64,000 nucleotides of DNA. Source: the human T2T-CHM13v2.0 reference genome, Homo sapiens. The stretch is from assembly GCF_009914755.1 (NCBI RefSeq), contig NC_060937.1; one strand, written 5' to 3'. This document shows positions 1 through 13,240 of the stretch, piece by piece. The position numbers and the translations under genes were made by a program. The notes under the pieces were generated by a model. The model made no database searches. It had not been told where the DNA came from and was given only the letters and a program-made list of their open reading frames with translations. Numbering within the stretch: position 1 is the stretch's first letter; the number at the start of each line of letters is the position of its first letter.

Positions 1-25
1 TTGTGACCGAACCCCAGGGAGAAGT

Positions 26-346
<321 letters not shown>

Positions 347-429
347 AGAAGTGAGTTTTAAATTCGCACTCAGCACACACATGCACACCTGCACACACGC
401 AATCACAGTTTTACAAAACTTTGTGGACG

Positions 430-770
430 TCGACAAATGAACATAGAGTCATCCTGGAGTAGCCCAGGTCCTCGTCCCCTCTGCCCATGGTCCTCAAGAA
501 AAAAGAGGGAAGTTCAGATGCAGACACACAAGGAAGACAGCCAAGTGACGGCAGAGGCAGTGTTTGCAGCGACATGTCTACAAGCCAAGGGCACCCAAAG
601 ATCGTGGGGGACACCAGAATCTGGAAGAGGCAGGAAGGACCTTCGCTAGAGTCTTCAGAAGAAGAGTGGCTCTGCCGAGTCCTTGACTTTGAACTTTGGA
701 TCTCCAGGACTGTGAGCGAGTAGGCCTCTGTTGTTTTAAGCCACGCAGTGTATGGCATTTTTTTTTTAAA
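430..770 (+). mobile_element. MaLR LTR (MLT1C/D-like)
   Basis: MLT1 motifs: tacaagccaagg...ccagaatctggaagaggcaggaagga...gaactttggatctccaggactgtgag...tctgttgttttaagccac. Confidence 0.8.
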
Positions 771-1129
771 CAATAGTGGATATATAATTGTGAAGTTTTA
801 TATAGGAGGACACAGATCATCCCATCTGCTGTTTGGAAAGATGCCCAGTTGCTGTGGAGAAGTTAGGAGAAGGGGGTGAAAGCAGCTGCAGGGGCCATGG
901 CTGCAGCCCTGGGGGAGGAGGGTGCAGGCGCCAGTCTTCACTCAGGCTCCAGCAGCCTGGCTGTCTCTTACTGTTCACATGCTGGTGGATGGATGAGCTT
1001 GCAGACCATCCCAACACATTCCTTTCTTCCTGGAAACCTCTCTAGAGGTTCTCTGTTGACCCCAGAAAAAGCTAGAGGTGGCTCAACACGGCTTGCATAT
1101 CTCTGTGTGATCTGATCATGTGCATTCTC

Positions 1130-1610
1130 TCCTTTTCCCCTCCCTCCTCTCACCTCGTCTTTCCTTCCCTCCCCTCACCTCCTCTTTCCGTCCCTCCTCT
1201 CACCTCCTCTTTCCTTCCCTCCCCTCCCCTCCTCTTTCCTTCCCTCCCCTCACCTCCTTTTTCCGTCCCTCCCCTCACCTCCTCTTTCCTTCCCTCCCCT
1301 CACCTCCTTTTTCCGTCCCTCCTCTCACCTCCTCTTTCCTTCCCTCCCCTCCCCTCCTCTTTCCTTCCCTCCCCTCACCTCCTTTTTCCGTCCCTCCTCT
1401 CACCTCCTCTTTCCTTCCCTCCCCTCCCCTCCTCTTTCTCTCCCTCCCCTCACCTCCTCTTTCCCTCCCTCCCCTCACCTCCTCTTTCCCTCCCTCCCCT
1501 CACCTCCTCTTTCCCTCCCTCCCCTCACCTCCTGTTTCCCTCTCTCCCCTCACCTCCTGTTTCCCTCCCTCCCCTCACCTCTTGTTTCCTTCCCTCCCAT
1601 CCTCCCTCCC
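1130..1610. repeat. Polypyrimidine minisatellite (~24-25 bp unit cctcccctcacctcctctttcc(c/t)t)
   Basis: Repeated units visible directly; almost pure C/T on the + strand. Confidence 0.95.
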
Positions 1611-1644
1611 TTATTTCACTAACTTCGAATTTCTTTAGCACTTA

Positions 1645-1714
1645 ATATATGTGGTTAAGAAAATGGGCCTGAGACAGACTGCCTGTGTTGAATCTGGCTC
1701 TACCAATTACTTAA
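1645..1714 (+). mobile_element. MIR fragment
   Basis: gtggttaagaaaatgggcctgagacagactgcctgtgttgaatctggctctacca resembles the MIR 5' region. Confidence 0.6.
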
Positions 1715-1716
1715 TC

Positions 1717-1923
1717 TAGTGGATCTCACTCGGGGTGCGATATTTGATCCTCAAGAGAGATTTACAACTCCTGGAGACATTGTTGTCAGGTTGGAAGTGC
1801 TAGTGGCATCTGGTTGGTGGAGTCCAGGGATGTCACGAAGCACCCTGATGTGCACCCACAGCCCCCAACAATAAAGAACTATCTGGTTGTAAATGACAAT
1901 AGTGCTGAGATTGAGAAACCCTG
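1717..1923 (+). mobile_element. MER20 (hAT-Charlie MITE)
   Basis: tagtggatctca...ggagacatt...gtggcatctggttggtggagtccagggatg...aatagtgctgagattgagaaaccctg follows the MER20 consensus end to end. Confidence 0.85.
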
Positions 1924-3149
1924 ACTTCACCTGTGGTCAAGGTTACCAGGGTCAGGCTTCTGGAATTGGGGACCACAGCAAGAAAAGGACAGATACGTGA
2001 GCTGGGTAGGAGGTGGTGCTGGGGACATGATGGTGCCTGTCTGGGAGGTGTCCACAGTGGAGCTCAGGCTGGCACCCAGGACTGTGCCGGGGGATGCAGG
2101 TGAATTCCCACGTGTTCCCTCAACTTAAAGTTCCAGCCTCGCTTTGCAACGCATGAAAACACACAGGGATTCTCTTCTACAATTTCATCTTAAAGTTTTG
2201 TTACCTTTTGAGGTTTGAAATTTTCTCTTTCTTAACCTACGAGTTGGGGTGTCGAAAGAGATCCCTTGTCCTCCTGAGTCTTCTTAACGAGTTTTAGAAG
2301 TGGCATCTAACTTGCTTTGAAGACGTGCACCCTCCATAAATAGCAAATTTGGCAGAAAGCTGGGCGAGGTCCCATGATTATATAAAAACTAGTGTTCATT
2401 TTACATAAAATGTCAAGTTGGTCTTTAAATAGCAGTCTCAGAAGCACAAGCCATTTTATTATCCATTAAGTCATTTAGCATCCACTATACAATTTTTCAA
2501 AGTTACTTTCCCCAGAGGGTTGCTGATATACAGTATTCTTACAGAAAGGGTGGCAGGAAGAGAGGGGAAACATTGTTGAAAAGAGAGTATCCTGCAAGCA
2601 GTCTCTCATTGTATTTGCTTTATCATTTAGGGGCAATGCAGACATCAAATCTGAGACAAGAAGTCAAAAAGGAAGTCTTTAGAAGCCATTGTCAGCTCGG
2701 AGCTGTGTTTGGTGCCGCTCAGTGAGAATGCTTTGCTTTGCTGCCATAGTTGTTTCTATCTATGGCAAAAGCAGTCACAAATTACAACGATGTCCCATGC
2801 TGAACAGGGCAGAGTAGCGCTGTATTAGGCACAAACGCAGGTCAGAAAGAAGAGACAGCCTCTTCCCTGGTGGGAGCCACTGTCTGGCCAAGGAGACAAT
2901 GGGCACAGGGAAAGTGGCTCAGAGCCCCCAACGGCAGGCAGGCCCCTTGCCACTGGGGCCTGGAGACCTTGTCATCAGTCACGTCAAATGCTCCAATAGC
3001 AGAGGCTCTTGGGAAGCATCATTTCCAGAAATTCTCCAAACAGCCTAAAAGCTACATGCAAAATAGCCGTGTCCTTATAGACTTTTTATTTTGGTGAGGC
3101 AAGGATCTAACCTTTATCAGATTCTCAAAAAGGTTAACGGCCACCATAA

Positions 3150-3533
<384 letters not shown>

Positions 3534-5923
3534 CCAACAGACCTTTAATCAAGCGACTGGCCCGCCAGGCTGGGCAGAAAGGAAACGTGGCTGACAGGGG
3601 CAGATGCTGGGCAGCACTTGGTTCATTGCCAGCAGAGAAGCCCTCACCAGCAAACTCCCTCCCAGCCCAAGCTGGAAACTGAGTCTCAGCAGCATTCAGA
3701 ATATTCACCTGTCGCCTGTCGTCAACATGTCTGTCAGTGGTCTTCCCTGGAAGGCCAAGGGTCCCGTGTGGAAGAGAAGAGGCCGGTGTGTCCTAGGATG
3801 CCCTGGTCAGGGTTGGATGGAGTCCTAGGACAGGGAAGGATCCTGTCACCTGCATGTGTGCCTCTGCGGTCCCCTTACTCTGCTGTGGATTGTAGTGGAT
3901 GTATGTGGTTTGGAGGAGGCATTGCAACGAGGTAGAAAGAATACTTTGAATTCCTTTCAGTGAGATCAAACGTCAAAGTGGATTCTCAAAGTCAATTAGA
4001 ATTGTTTGTCCTTTGCTTCTTCCTCCAGCCCCATGTCTGCCAATACACCCACCAGCAGGGTCCAGGTACCTCCTTACAGCCAGGCCGGGAAAATTCCCTG
4101 GATGCTGATCATCGCAGACCCTATGGTGGATCTCTAAAAGTTTAAGTGTTTTGTAGGCCGCTCCCTCGGACCCCTTGAACATAGGGCTGTTTTCAGGGGT
4201 GAGATTCAAAATATTTAACAGCTGGTACAACACAAACACCAACCAGGCCAAATAAATGGCAGCCATTACACAGGGCATGTCCACAAGGCCTCTTGCTGGC
4301 CTGTGCTCAACTTTCCTGCAGGGCTTGTTGGAATGGAGGGTGCCCAGGGATCAAGCTGTAGCTATTGACCAAAGCACAGGGGAGTATTTCAGTATTTCAG
4401 CGGCTGTACCCACAGCTTACTAACATCAGCTCACAATGCTGGTCGTTCATGGGCCCCCCACTCTGACATTGTAGAATTCCATGACCACCTCTTCTCTGAT
4501 CCGGGCCTGGAGAGCAGAAAGGGCCTGGGACCCTCCTGCAACAGGTTCCAGGAAGATCATGGCTGAAAGGTCATCTGCCACTGTTCAACTTCCTTTTCTC
4601 CACACACTTCCCAGCTTCATATCACTTTCTGATAAATATCACTTATTACTCAAAATTCTGAATCTGACAACTCTCCCCATGGGTTCAAAGAGACAGAGCC
4701 ACTGGGTCACCATGCAAGCCCCAGACACAGGGCCTCCAAAGTCCTGGGGCCCTGGGTCCTCCGGAGTGGGCATTCCCCCTGGGACCCCAAAGGCTGTCGT
4801 TGGAGGGGGGAGATGCCTCTGAGGACCGGGTGGCCGCTCAGCAGCTGCAGTCGCTTGTCCGTGTCCAGGGCGCACCGGCGTTCCCTCCACATAGAATGCT
4901 GCTCTACCATCTCCCCGTATTCTGGTGCTACTGCTGCTTTCAGGCCGGTTTAAATGTCCCCTTTCTCACCTCTGCCCGCTTCACCTCTTGTCCTCACTGA
5001 CTTCTCTCCCATGGGCTGGCCAACTCCCCACGATGGGTGACGGCTACGTCTCTGCACAACCTATCCCCTACAACTGTACTGTGTGTTCTCTGAGCCAAAC
5101 ACCTTTGCACAGATCACAGTATTCCTGGGTGCCTCTGATAATGGAAAGATGTCTCATACCATCATCAACCAGGGGCGGGGCCAGCCGGCGATCACTCCTC
5201 TATTTGTAGGTGGTGGAGGATTTCCTCACATTTGGAAAATCATTCATGAGTTCACTTGACCCTTACGACCATCTTGGGAGCCAAGTACAGCAGCTGATTC
5301 CCAGGTTTATATATTGGGTAAATTGCATAAACTGTGTAGCCTGGAGGAAGACGTCACAGCCTTGGATGGAAGGAGTGGTTGTCGATGGCTCACTGGATCC
5401 CTGATGAGTCTGAAGACTCATGTCAGCTCTGGCCTTGGCTTTACTTAGATAAATTGTGAGATGAACTCATACTTCAGCATGGTCCTAGGTAAATAGCTCC
5501 ACATGGGCTGAGCTCGGTTTGTGTCTGTGTCTCTCCACAAGGAGCTCTGGTGTCTCCACAGATGTGCCATAGAACCGTCATCTGCTTTTATCAAATTTGG
5601 GCTCAGTTCTATCCATATTCAACTTTTCTGGGCCCATTCCCTCAGCCTTGGTGAGAGAAAGGAACAAAATGGTGAAGAAAAGACTGAGAGAGGAAGGAGA
5701 GAGAGGAAGTTAGTGGAGGAAGAGGGCAGAAAGCGGACCCCACACACCACCTCCCCTCTCTGCCTCGCACAAGGCTCACCACGCCTCCTGGGTCCCCACT
5801 GGATGTATGAGTCGCACCTGCCCCTGCTCTTCCGTTCAGCAACTCCGGCTTGGGGCTTCCCTGGCTTCTGCTTGAATCATTGTCACAACCAAATGCGCTT
5901 CGGCATACCTCCAAGACGCTCTG

Positions 5924-7470
5924 TTGCCCCCCACGCTGCCCTCGGAGTGTCTTTCAACACACACTGGACCTTGTCGCCCCCACGCTGCCCTCGGAGTATC
6001 TTTCAATACACACTGGACCTTGTCACTGCCACGCTGCCCTCAGAGTATCTTTCAACACACACTGGACCTTGTCACCCCCACGCTGTCCTCAGAGTATCTT
6101 TCAACACACTGGACCTTGTTGCCCCCCACGCTGTTCTTGGAGTATCTTTCAACACACATTGGACCTTGTCACCCCCACGCTGTCCTTGGAGTATCTTTCA
6201 ACACACATTGGACCTTGTCACCCCTAATGCTGCCCTCGGAGTATCTTTCAACACACTGGACCTTGTCGCCCCCCACGCTGTCCTTGGAGTATCTTTCAAC
6301 ACACATTGGACCTTGTCACCCCCACGCTGCCCTCGGAGTATCTTTCAATACACTGGACCTTGTCACCCCCAATGCTGCCCTCGGAGTATCTTTCAATACA
6401 CACTGGACCTTGTCGCCCCCCACGCTGCCCTCAGAGTATCTTTCAATACACACTGGACCTTGTTGCCCCCCACGCTGCCCTCGGAGTATCTTTCAACACA
6501 CTGGACCTTGTCGCCCCCATGCTGCCCTCAGAGTATCTTTCAACACACTGGACCTTGTCACCCCCCACACTGTCCTCGGAGTATCTTTCAATACACACTG
6601 GACCTTGTCACCCCCCATGCTGTCCTCAGAGTATCTTTCAACACACTGGACCTTGTCGCCCCCACACTGTCCTCGGAGTATCTTTCAACACACACTGGAC
6701 CTTGTCACCCCCCATGCTGTCCTCGGAGTATCTTTCAACACATTGGACCTTGTCACCCCCATGCTGTCCCCGGAGTATCTTTCAACACACTGGACCTTGT
6801 TGCCCCCCACGCTGTTCTTGGAGTATCTTTCAACACACTGGACCTTGTCACCCCCACACTGCCCTCGGAGTATCTTTCAATACACACTGGACCTTGTCAC
6901 CCCCATGCTGCCCTCAGAGTATCTTTCAACACACTGGACCTTGTCACCCCCCACACTGTCCTCGGAGTATCTTTCAATACACACTGGACCTTGTCACCCC
7001 CCATGCTGTCCTCAGAGTATCTTTCAACACACTGGACCTTGTCGCCCCCACACTGTCCTCGGAGTATCTTTCAACACACACTGTACCTTGTCACCCCCCA
7101 CGCTGTCCTCGGAGTATCTTTCAACACATTGGACCTTGTCACCACCCATGCTGTCCTTGGAGTATCTTTCAATACACACTGGACCTTGTCACCCCCCACA
7201 CTGTCCTCGGTGTATCTTTCAATACACACTGGACCTTGTCACCCCCCACGCTGCCCTCGGAGTATCTTTCAACACACTGGACCTTGTCACCCCCACGCTG
7301 TCCTTGGAGTATCTTTCAACACATTGGACCTTGTCACCCCCCATGCTGTCCTCGGAGTATCTTTCAACACACTGGACCTTGTCACCCGCATGCTGCCCTC
7401 AGTATCTTTCAACACACTGGACTTTGTCACCCCCACGCTGCCCTTGGAGTATCTTTTGATACATTGAACC
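5924..7470. repeat. VNTR minisatellite, 47-50 bp unit (ccccacgctgccctcggagtatctttcaacacacactggaccttgtca), roughly 32 copies
   Basis: Head-to-tail near-identical units; length varies in the C-run and the (ac) run. Confidence 0.98.
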
Positions 7471-8139
7471 CTGTTGCCAGCTTGTTTCAACTTTTCCCCT
7501 GGTTCCTGGAGGCCAGTGTGAAAAATAACACTCGCAGGTTGGCAAAAAGGCCCTTTAATATGTGACCACAGTCAACGTTTCTGGGCCCTTTCTCCACGGG
7601 GTGCTTTTCAACACTGTGGATAAATTAGAATCATCCAGGAGTCTTTTCAGCCACTGCAGCCCCGGCCCCAGCCCTACCCTGACCCAGAACCACACCCTTT
7701 CTGAGACAGAGCCTGCCTGTTCCTCCTGGTGCAGGCACAGGGACAGTCTCTGAGGCTGTCCTCTTCTGTCCACCTCGAAAGTTCCAGTCCTAATGTCAGC
7801 TCCTCCAGGATCCTCCCTGACTCGTAAAGGAGAGTTAACCCCCACCCATGTTTTCAGAGCCCCTTCTATTACATCTCCATCTCAGCTGTGTCATCAGTTT
7901 CCCACAGGTGTGTTCGACATGCACCCATGAGATGCAGGTGGGCCCAGGTTCTGCCTTCTCTGTCACATGACAGGCAGATAGCACAGTGTCTGCTGTAGGG
8001 TTGGCACTCTCATGATTTCCTGCAAAACCTTGGTCAGCACATTGCCTGTGCTAGTCCCACACAAAATTGGCTCAGGTCCCCAAGGACTTTTCAGCTTACT
8101 TGAAGGGACAGAGGAATTAATCTACAAATTACAAAAGGT

Positions 8140-8560
8140 TTTGGTTATCTCTTGCTGTGCGGTGAACCTCTCAGGGTTCTGCAGGTTGACTGGGCTCAGT
8201 GGGCGGTTCTTCCGCAGGTCTTGCTCAGAGTATCTCATGTGGCTGCAATCATAAGGTGCCTAGTGCTGGATTTATCTGCAGGCTGGACTTGGATGCTGGC
8301 ATGAGGGAGCCTCAGTGGTCACTCTTTGTGGTCCTTCCAGTAGAAGATCCGACTGTGTATGTGGTGGTTCAGAACTTCTGAAAGTAGCATCTTAAGAAGG
8401 TGGGAGAAGGCACAAGACCTCTCAGTGGTGAGGCCTGAACTTGGTCCCGTGTCATTCTGCCAGGTTCCTCTGGTTCCCAGGACTCACAGGTCCAGCCCAG
8501 ATTCAATGTGGGAGGGGTCACAGCAGGAGGCATGTACCTTGGAGCCCTCTTTGGAAACAA
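8140..8560 (-). mobile_element. Old MaLR LTR (MLT1-family) remnant
   Basis: ttctgcaggttgactgggctcagtgggcggttctt...ctcatgtggctgca...gtcattctgcca...cacaggtccagcccagattcaa are antisense MLT1-type motifs. Confidence 0.6.
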
Positions 8561-9657
8561 GCTGCTGCCCAGTGTGATGAGCAGAATCTTTGGAGGGTGC
8601 ATAGACTGTGCTGGGAAAAGAGAGGCTCAGGACTGGGACAGGGAACATTTCTGGAAGATCATGAAACTAGAGCAGATTTTTTAAAATAAATAAAATGTAG
8701 CCAAGTAAAGAAAATGGAATGTTTGACAAGGCAAGACAAACGCCTCCTAATACACTTGGAATAGAAGAATAATCCATCAACATGAAAAGTTATGTCATTT
8801 TAAAGCCCAGCCAGCAACATTTTATGGTTGAAATCCTAGAAATGCCCCCTTTCTGTGGGTAACTTGCCTGGGAGCCTGCTACACCACGATCCTGGGGGTT
8901 TTGTCCTGGAGGTTCCAGCTGAGGAAACAGGACAGAAAAAGGAAAGCAGCAAACATTTGAGAAGAGAGGAGGAAACATCGTTATTTTCAGATTGAGATTG
9001 CCTACCTAGAAAACCCAAGAGAGTCAACTGAAAAGCTGTTAGAATAATCACAGAGTAGAGGTGGCTAGTCACAAAATGAATGTTCAAAGATGGATCATGT
9101 TATTATACAGCAATGGTAGTTAGAAATCATAATCGGGAAAGTCTTCCTCAGAGCTACAGCTGCAAACGTTTACCTAAAAATTAATGTGACAAGAGCTGCA
9201 TAGGATCCAACTAAAGAAAATAATGAAACTCTACTGTAAGGAGAAAGAAAAAAGATGTGAATGGTTGGAAGGACACGCCCTGCCTCTGTGGCGAAAGTTC
9301 AATACTGTAAAGATCCCACCTCTCTCAAGCAATTTATAGGAGGTGTAAGCCAATTCCTATCAAAATAGCAATGGGGCTTTTCTTGGAACATGATAAAATA
9401 ATTCTAAATTTTATATGTAATACATTGATAATAAAAAAGAAACATATAAAAACCCATTAAATATTTACAACAGCAGATATGCAAACATACTATAAGCTAT
9501 AATAACTAAGACAGCAGATGGACATAGCAACAGGCCATAAAAGAAAATCCCCAAGTGGACCCAAATGTATAGTTACCATATGACAAATGCAATATTTCAA
9601 TCATCGAGGAAGAGAATTATTCAATATAGAATGCAGGTATAGTTGGTTAAATATAAG

Positions 9658-9726
9658 GTAAATGAAAGTTCATGACCTAACTCCATATATATATATACGA
9701 AAGTTAGGTCATGAACTTTCATTTAC
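9658..9726. repeat. Perfect 25-bp inverted repeat with 19-nt (TA)-rich spacer
   Basis: gtaaatgaaagttcatgacctaact (9658-9682) and its exact reverse complement agttaggtcatgaactttcatttac (9702-9726). Confidence 0.97.
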
Positions 9727-10401
9727 TATATATATATATATAAACTATGACAGATTGAAAGAATAAATGTTAAAAAAATTATACAGTGAGAAAAAATACA
9801 GATGGCTATTTATATAATATTGGGGTGTGGAGGCTTTTATTAATAAAAAAGGAGTAAACATAAAGCAGGTTTGGCAGATTCGACAACAACAACAACAAAG
9901 AAATATTTCTGTGTCTTCTCAAGGTAGATACAAATTAACCTAAAATGACAAACTAGGCGAAAACATTTGCAACAGAGATGTCAGCTATGGCATGTATGAC
10001 CCAATACAGAAACAATGCAGAAAAGCAGAAATAGAGATTGCTAGTAAATCCAGGACACTCAGCCTCTCTAGTAGTTAATCACTGACTAAAATGAGATGCC
10101 ATTTATTATCCACTAAATTGTCAAGGAAAAAAATCTGACCATTGCCAGTGCTGGGGAGGCAGAGGAAATGGGTACAATGCCACATTAGCAACAGGAATCA
10201 TGGCTGGTTTGAATATTTTGGAGTGAAATTTGGCTTTAAGTGTCTTACAAAATGTAAATATTTGTTCCCTTTGGATGTAGCAATTTCTTGTCTTATGTTG
10301 TAAGAAGAAAATACACTGTAAAAAGAGAAGCAAGAATATGCACAAATTTATAAAGCGATACAGTCAGCGTTATTTATAATGGTTAAAAATGAAAAACAGC
10401 T

Positions 10402-10546
10402 GGCAGTGCGTGGTGGCTCACACCTGTAATCCCAGCACTTTGGGAGGCTGAGGCGGGTGGATTACGAGGTCAGGAGATCCATATTGTGCCACTGCACTCT
10501 AGCCTGGGCGACAGAGGGAGGCTCCATCTAAAATAAATAAATAAAT
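10402..10546 (+). mobile_element. Internally deleted Alu (5' left arm fused to 3' right arm)
   Basis: ggtggctcacacctgtaatcccagcactttggg...aggtcaggagatc joined to attgtgccactgcactctagcctgggcgacagag plus (aaat)n tail. Confidence 0.93.
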
Positions 10547-12822
10547 ACAGCCTAACTGTTCACTTTAAAACACGTAAATTAGAACAAATGCACAAAGCAC
10601 CATATATTGTTTAGCCATTAAAAATTATTGTTTAGACTATAGCAAGGCATGAAAAGACGTGTACAACAAATTCAAGCAAAAACAAAAACAACAACTGTGA
10701 AACTGGCGGTGACTAAATGAGTTACGCTACGTTCCAAATGGACATCCACCTCAACCCTCCAACTATCTACCTGCCCAGAGGGGGTGCAGAAGGCAGGCAC
10801 GGCAAAGTCTACACAGATGACGAGATTCTCAGTAAGTTCATTTTCTTCTTTGTACTTTTTGAAATGTTTCAAGTTTTCCCTAGTAAACATGCACCACCTA
10901 AAAACATCTAAGCTGAAAAGTACTGCTTGAAAAACTAGACAATTGTAGTTATGCATTGCTGAATGCCTTGTGTGGCTTAGCCCTGATTTTCAAACCTGTC
11001 TCAGAGACTCCTGGCCTTTGCCTTCTGCCACATCCCTTCCTGGGGCCTCAAGGGGTAGAACAAATGTACTGGGGCCAAACTAGGTCTACTCGACTTCAAC
11101 GCTGTGGCGTATATCAGGAAGGAGCTGGAGGGGGACTGGACACTCAAGTTGGCCTGGCAGCCACGAGTCCCAGTGTAGCTGCTTCCCCCAGGATTCCTGC
11201 TCCTCCAAAGCAGCCCAGAGCTCTGCCACTTTTGTGGCCCATCGGGATCACTGGTATGTTCTGGAAGCTCTGCCGGGAAAGCTCATAAGGGCTCAGGTGC
11301 TCTTTTCTGGGGCCCCTTTTTATCTAGAAAGTGGCTTCTCTTAAAGGCCAGTTATCAACTTGCTTTCATTGTTGGCACAAAAGAATTACAGTGAGGAACC
11401 TCAAGCCCTTGATCTAAATGACAATTTCTTCTCTATTTAAAATGTGTGTGGTTGATATCAACTGACACCAACCCACCGTCTCTTTCTCCCTGGGTTCACT
11501 TCTTCATGCTGTTTGTAGGGGTGACTCCACACCCCGCACAGAAGGAGCAGAGCCTCACATCTGCTTTGAACACTCTGTGGACCTGGTGGCACTGATTCTG
11601 TCTTACCAGCCCACTGAACACAAAGGAAGAGGGTTGCAGCACTCCATAGGTTAATTTGGAATCCTTTTTTGTTAACAACAAATCTTGTAAAAGTACAAAA
11701 AAAAGAAAAAAAAAAGAAAGGAAGAAATCTTCAAGTTAAGTTGTGGCTGCAGTGGCTTTGCAGTGAAGTCACCCGACTCATTCTCAATAATTCAAATGAA
11801 TTGAGAATCCCCTTAGAAGTGACAGCCCAAAGTGTAAGAATGATAAACGGCTTTGGCCTTGATAATTTTTATTAAGCACTAAATGTCACATTTAACCTGC
11901 ATTACTGAAAGCAATTACCCGTGTATCAACAGTCAAGCGGCTCGGCGCGCAGTGCCGGCAGAAGCGCGTTCGGCTCCATCTGGGAATAAGGATTTTCAAT
12001 TAGGAGGCAAATGGCTGCAGAGGGGCTCGGGTCCTCCCCAGCTCCCAGAGGAGGCCTGCGGAGTGAAGTCTTCATACACAAGTAATCGCAGCCGTGTCAA
12101 CAGACCGTCCCCAGCCATCTGCTGCCAGAGCAGCCGTACTTTATCAAATCTCAATATTTACAGACGCTGATCAGCTCGTGGGGCCGGGATGGCTCCCTGC
12201 CAGGGAGTTCTGGGAAATTCATTTTAAGGTGTGTTTCAGTAGGCTAATTAATTTACAAGCACCTGTTTCATCGCTGCGAGCTGTTAGTGCCGCAGATGAG
12301 CCCCAGCCGGGGAGGGAGACTGTATCCCGGCTAAATTGATTTCAATTGATTTTAATTTGCTGATGGCACAGTTGTAGGTTTAATGTGAACATAGCCTGAA
12401 GCCCCTATTTTTTTTTCCTTTTGAAGTAAGCCTTGTGGGTGGCTTATTTCTTGGCCCTGTCATTGCTGGGGAAAGTGGCCTCAGCAGGAGGCTCATGTGA
12501 CAGACACGGGCAGTAACTGGGCTCTTAAAAGTGGTGCTTGTGGTGTACAGTCAGACATTAGATGTGGGGCTGCCCGCAAACGTACAGGAAACACTGATAA
12601 ACTTGAGATTGGATAAACAACAAAGGACATTTTAGCAGTTGTGTCCCCACAGGACGTACTTAAATCTGACATTCACACAGAGCCAGGCATCCTGAAAATT
12701 ATCTTTCGAATCTGGCAGCCCTCGTTAGGTGCTTGGAGTGGTAAAGGAGCAAAGTGCCCTGATCTGGGTGGTCTCCTGGGCTGGTGGGCCTCACTCTGCC
12801 CTGCATGCTGGGAAGACACTCT

Positions 12823-13240
12823 TGTTAAGGAAATGATATGGGAACACCAGGGGTTCGGTCTAGGCCCTGCTGCTCATTGCACAGAAAGCCGATGACGGAG
12901 ACAATGAGCCCTGCCAGGGAAGAAGGCTTTCATCGGGTGCTGCAGCTGAGGAGACGGGAGCTCAGTCTCAAATCCATCTCCCTGACTGACTAGGGGTTTA
13001 TATAGCAGGAAAGAAATGTAACCAAAGAGGAATTAGGGAGGGGTAAGGAAGAGGAGTGGTCGACAGGAAGTAGGTGTTTCCTTAGGCGATCATAATGGTG
13101 AGGGGTCTGGCATCTCATTGTCCAGATGAGATGGTCTGGGGAGTTTCAGCTCCTTGATACTACCTGGGAGGTCTGATGCTTGGTTGCCTGAAAAAGGAAC
13201 TCAGATAAGACAAATGTAACTTTCTCAAGTTTTAAGACTG
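12823..13240 (-). mobile_element. ERV1 LTR fragment (LTR8-like)
   Basis: acaccaggggttcggtctaggccctgctgctc...cagtctcaaatccatctccctgac...ggggtttatatagcagg matches the recalled antisense LTR8-family end. Confidence 0.65.

Larger units (their letters stand above)
8960..10690 (+). mobile_element. Degenerate old L1 (L1M/L1ME-like) ORF2-3' region, interrupted by an Alu
   Basis: tacctagaaaacccaagagagtcaactgaaaagctgttagaa, A-rich + strand, atgagatgccattt...; no intact ORF. Confidence 0.8.

Noticed and set aside
1118-1645. Pro/Ser-rich 172-175 aa ORFs
   Set aside because: Artefacts of the polypyrimidine minisatellite.
5924-7470. CRISPR-like array
   Set aside because: Units are contiguous near-identical repeats with no unique spacers, there are no cas genes, and the context is primate DNA.
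5521-7565. ORFs of 648, 511 and 419 aa as a protein-coding gene
   Set aside because: They overlap in all three frames and consist of VNTR units lacking stop codons; there is no domain similarity or exon structure.
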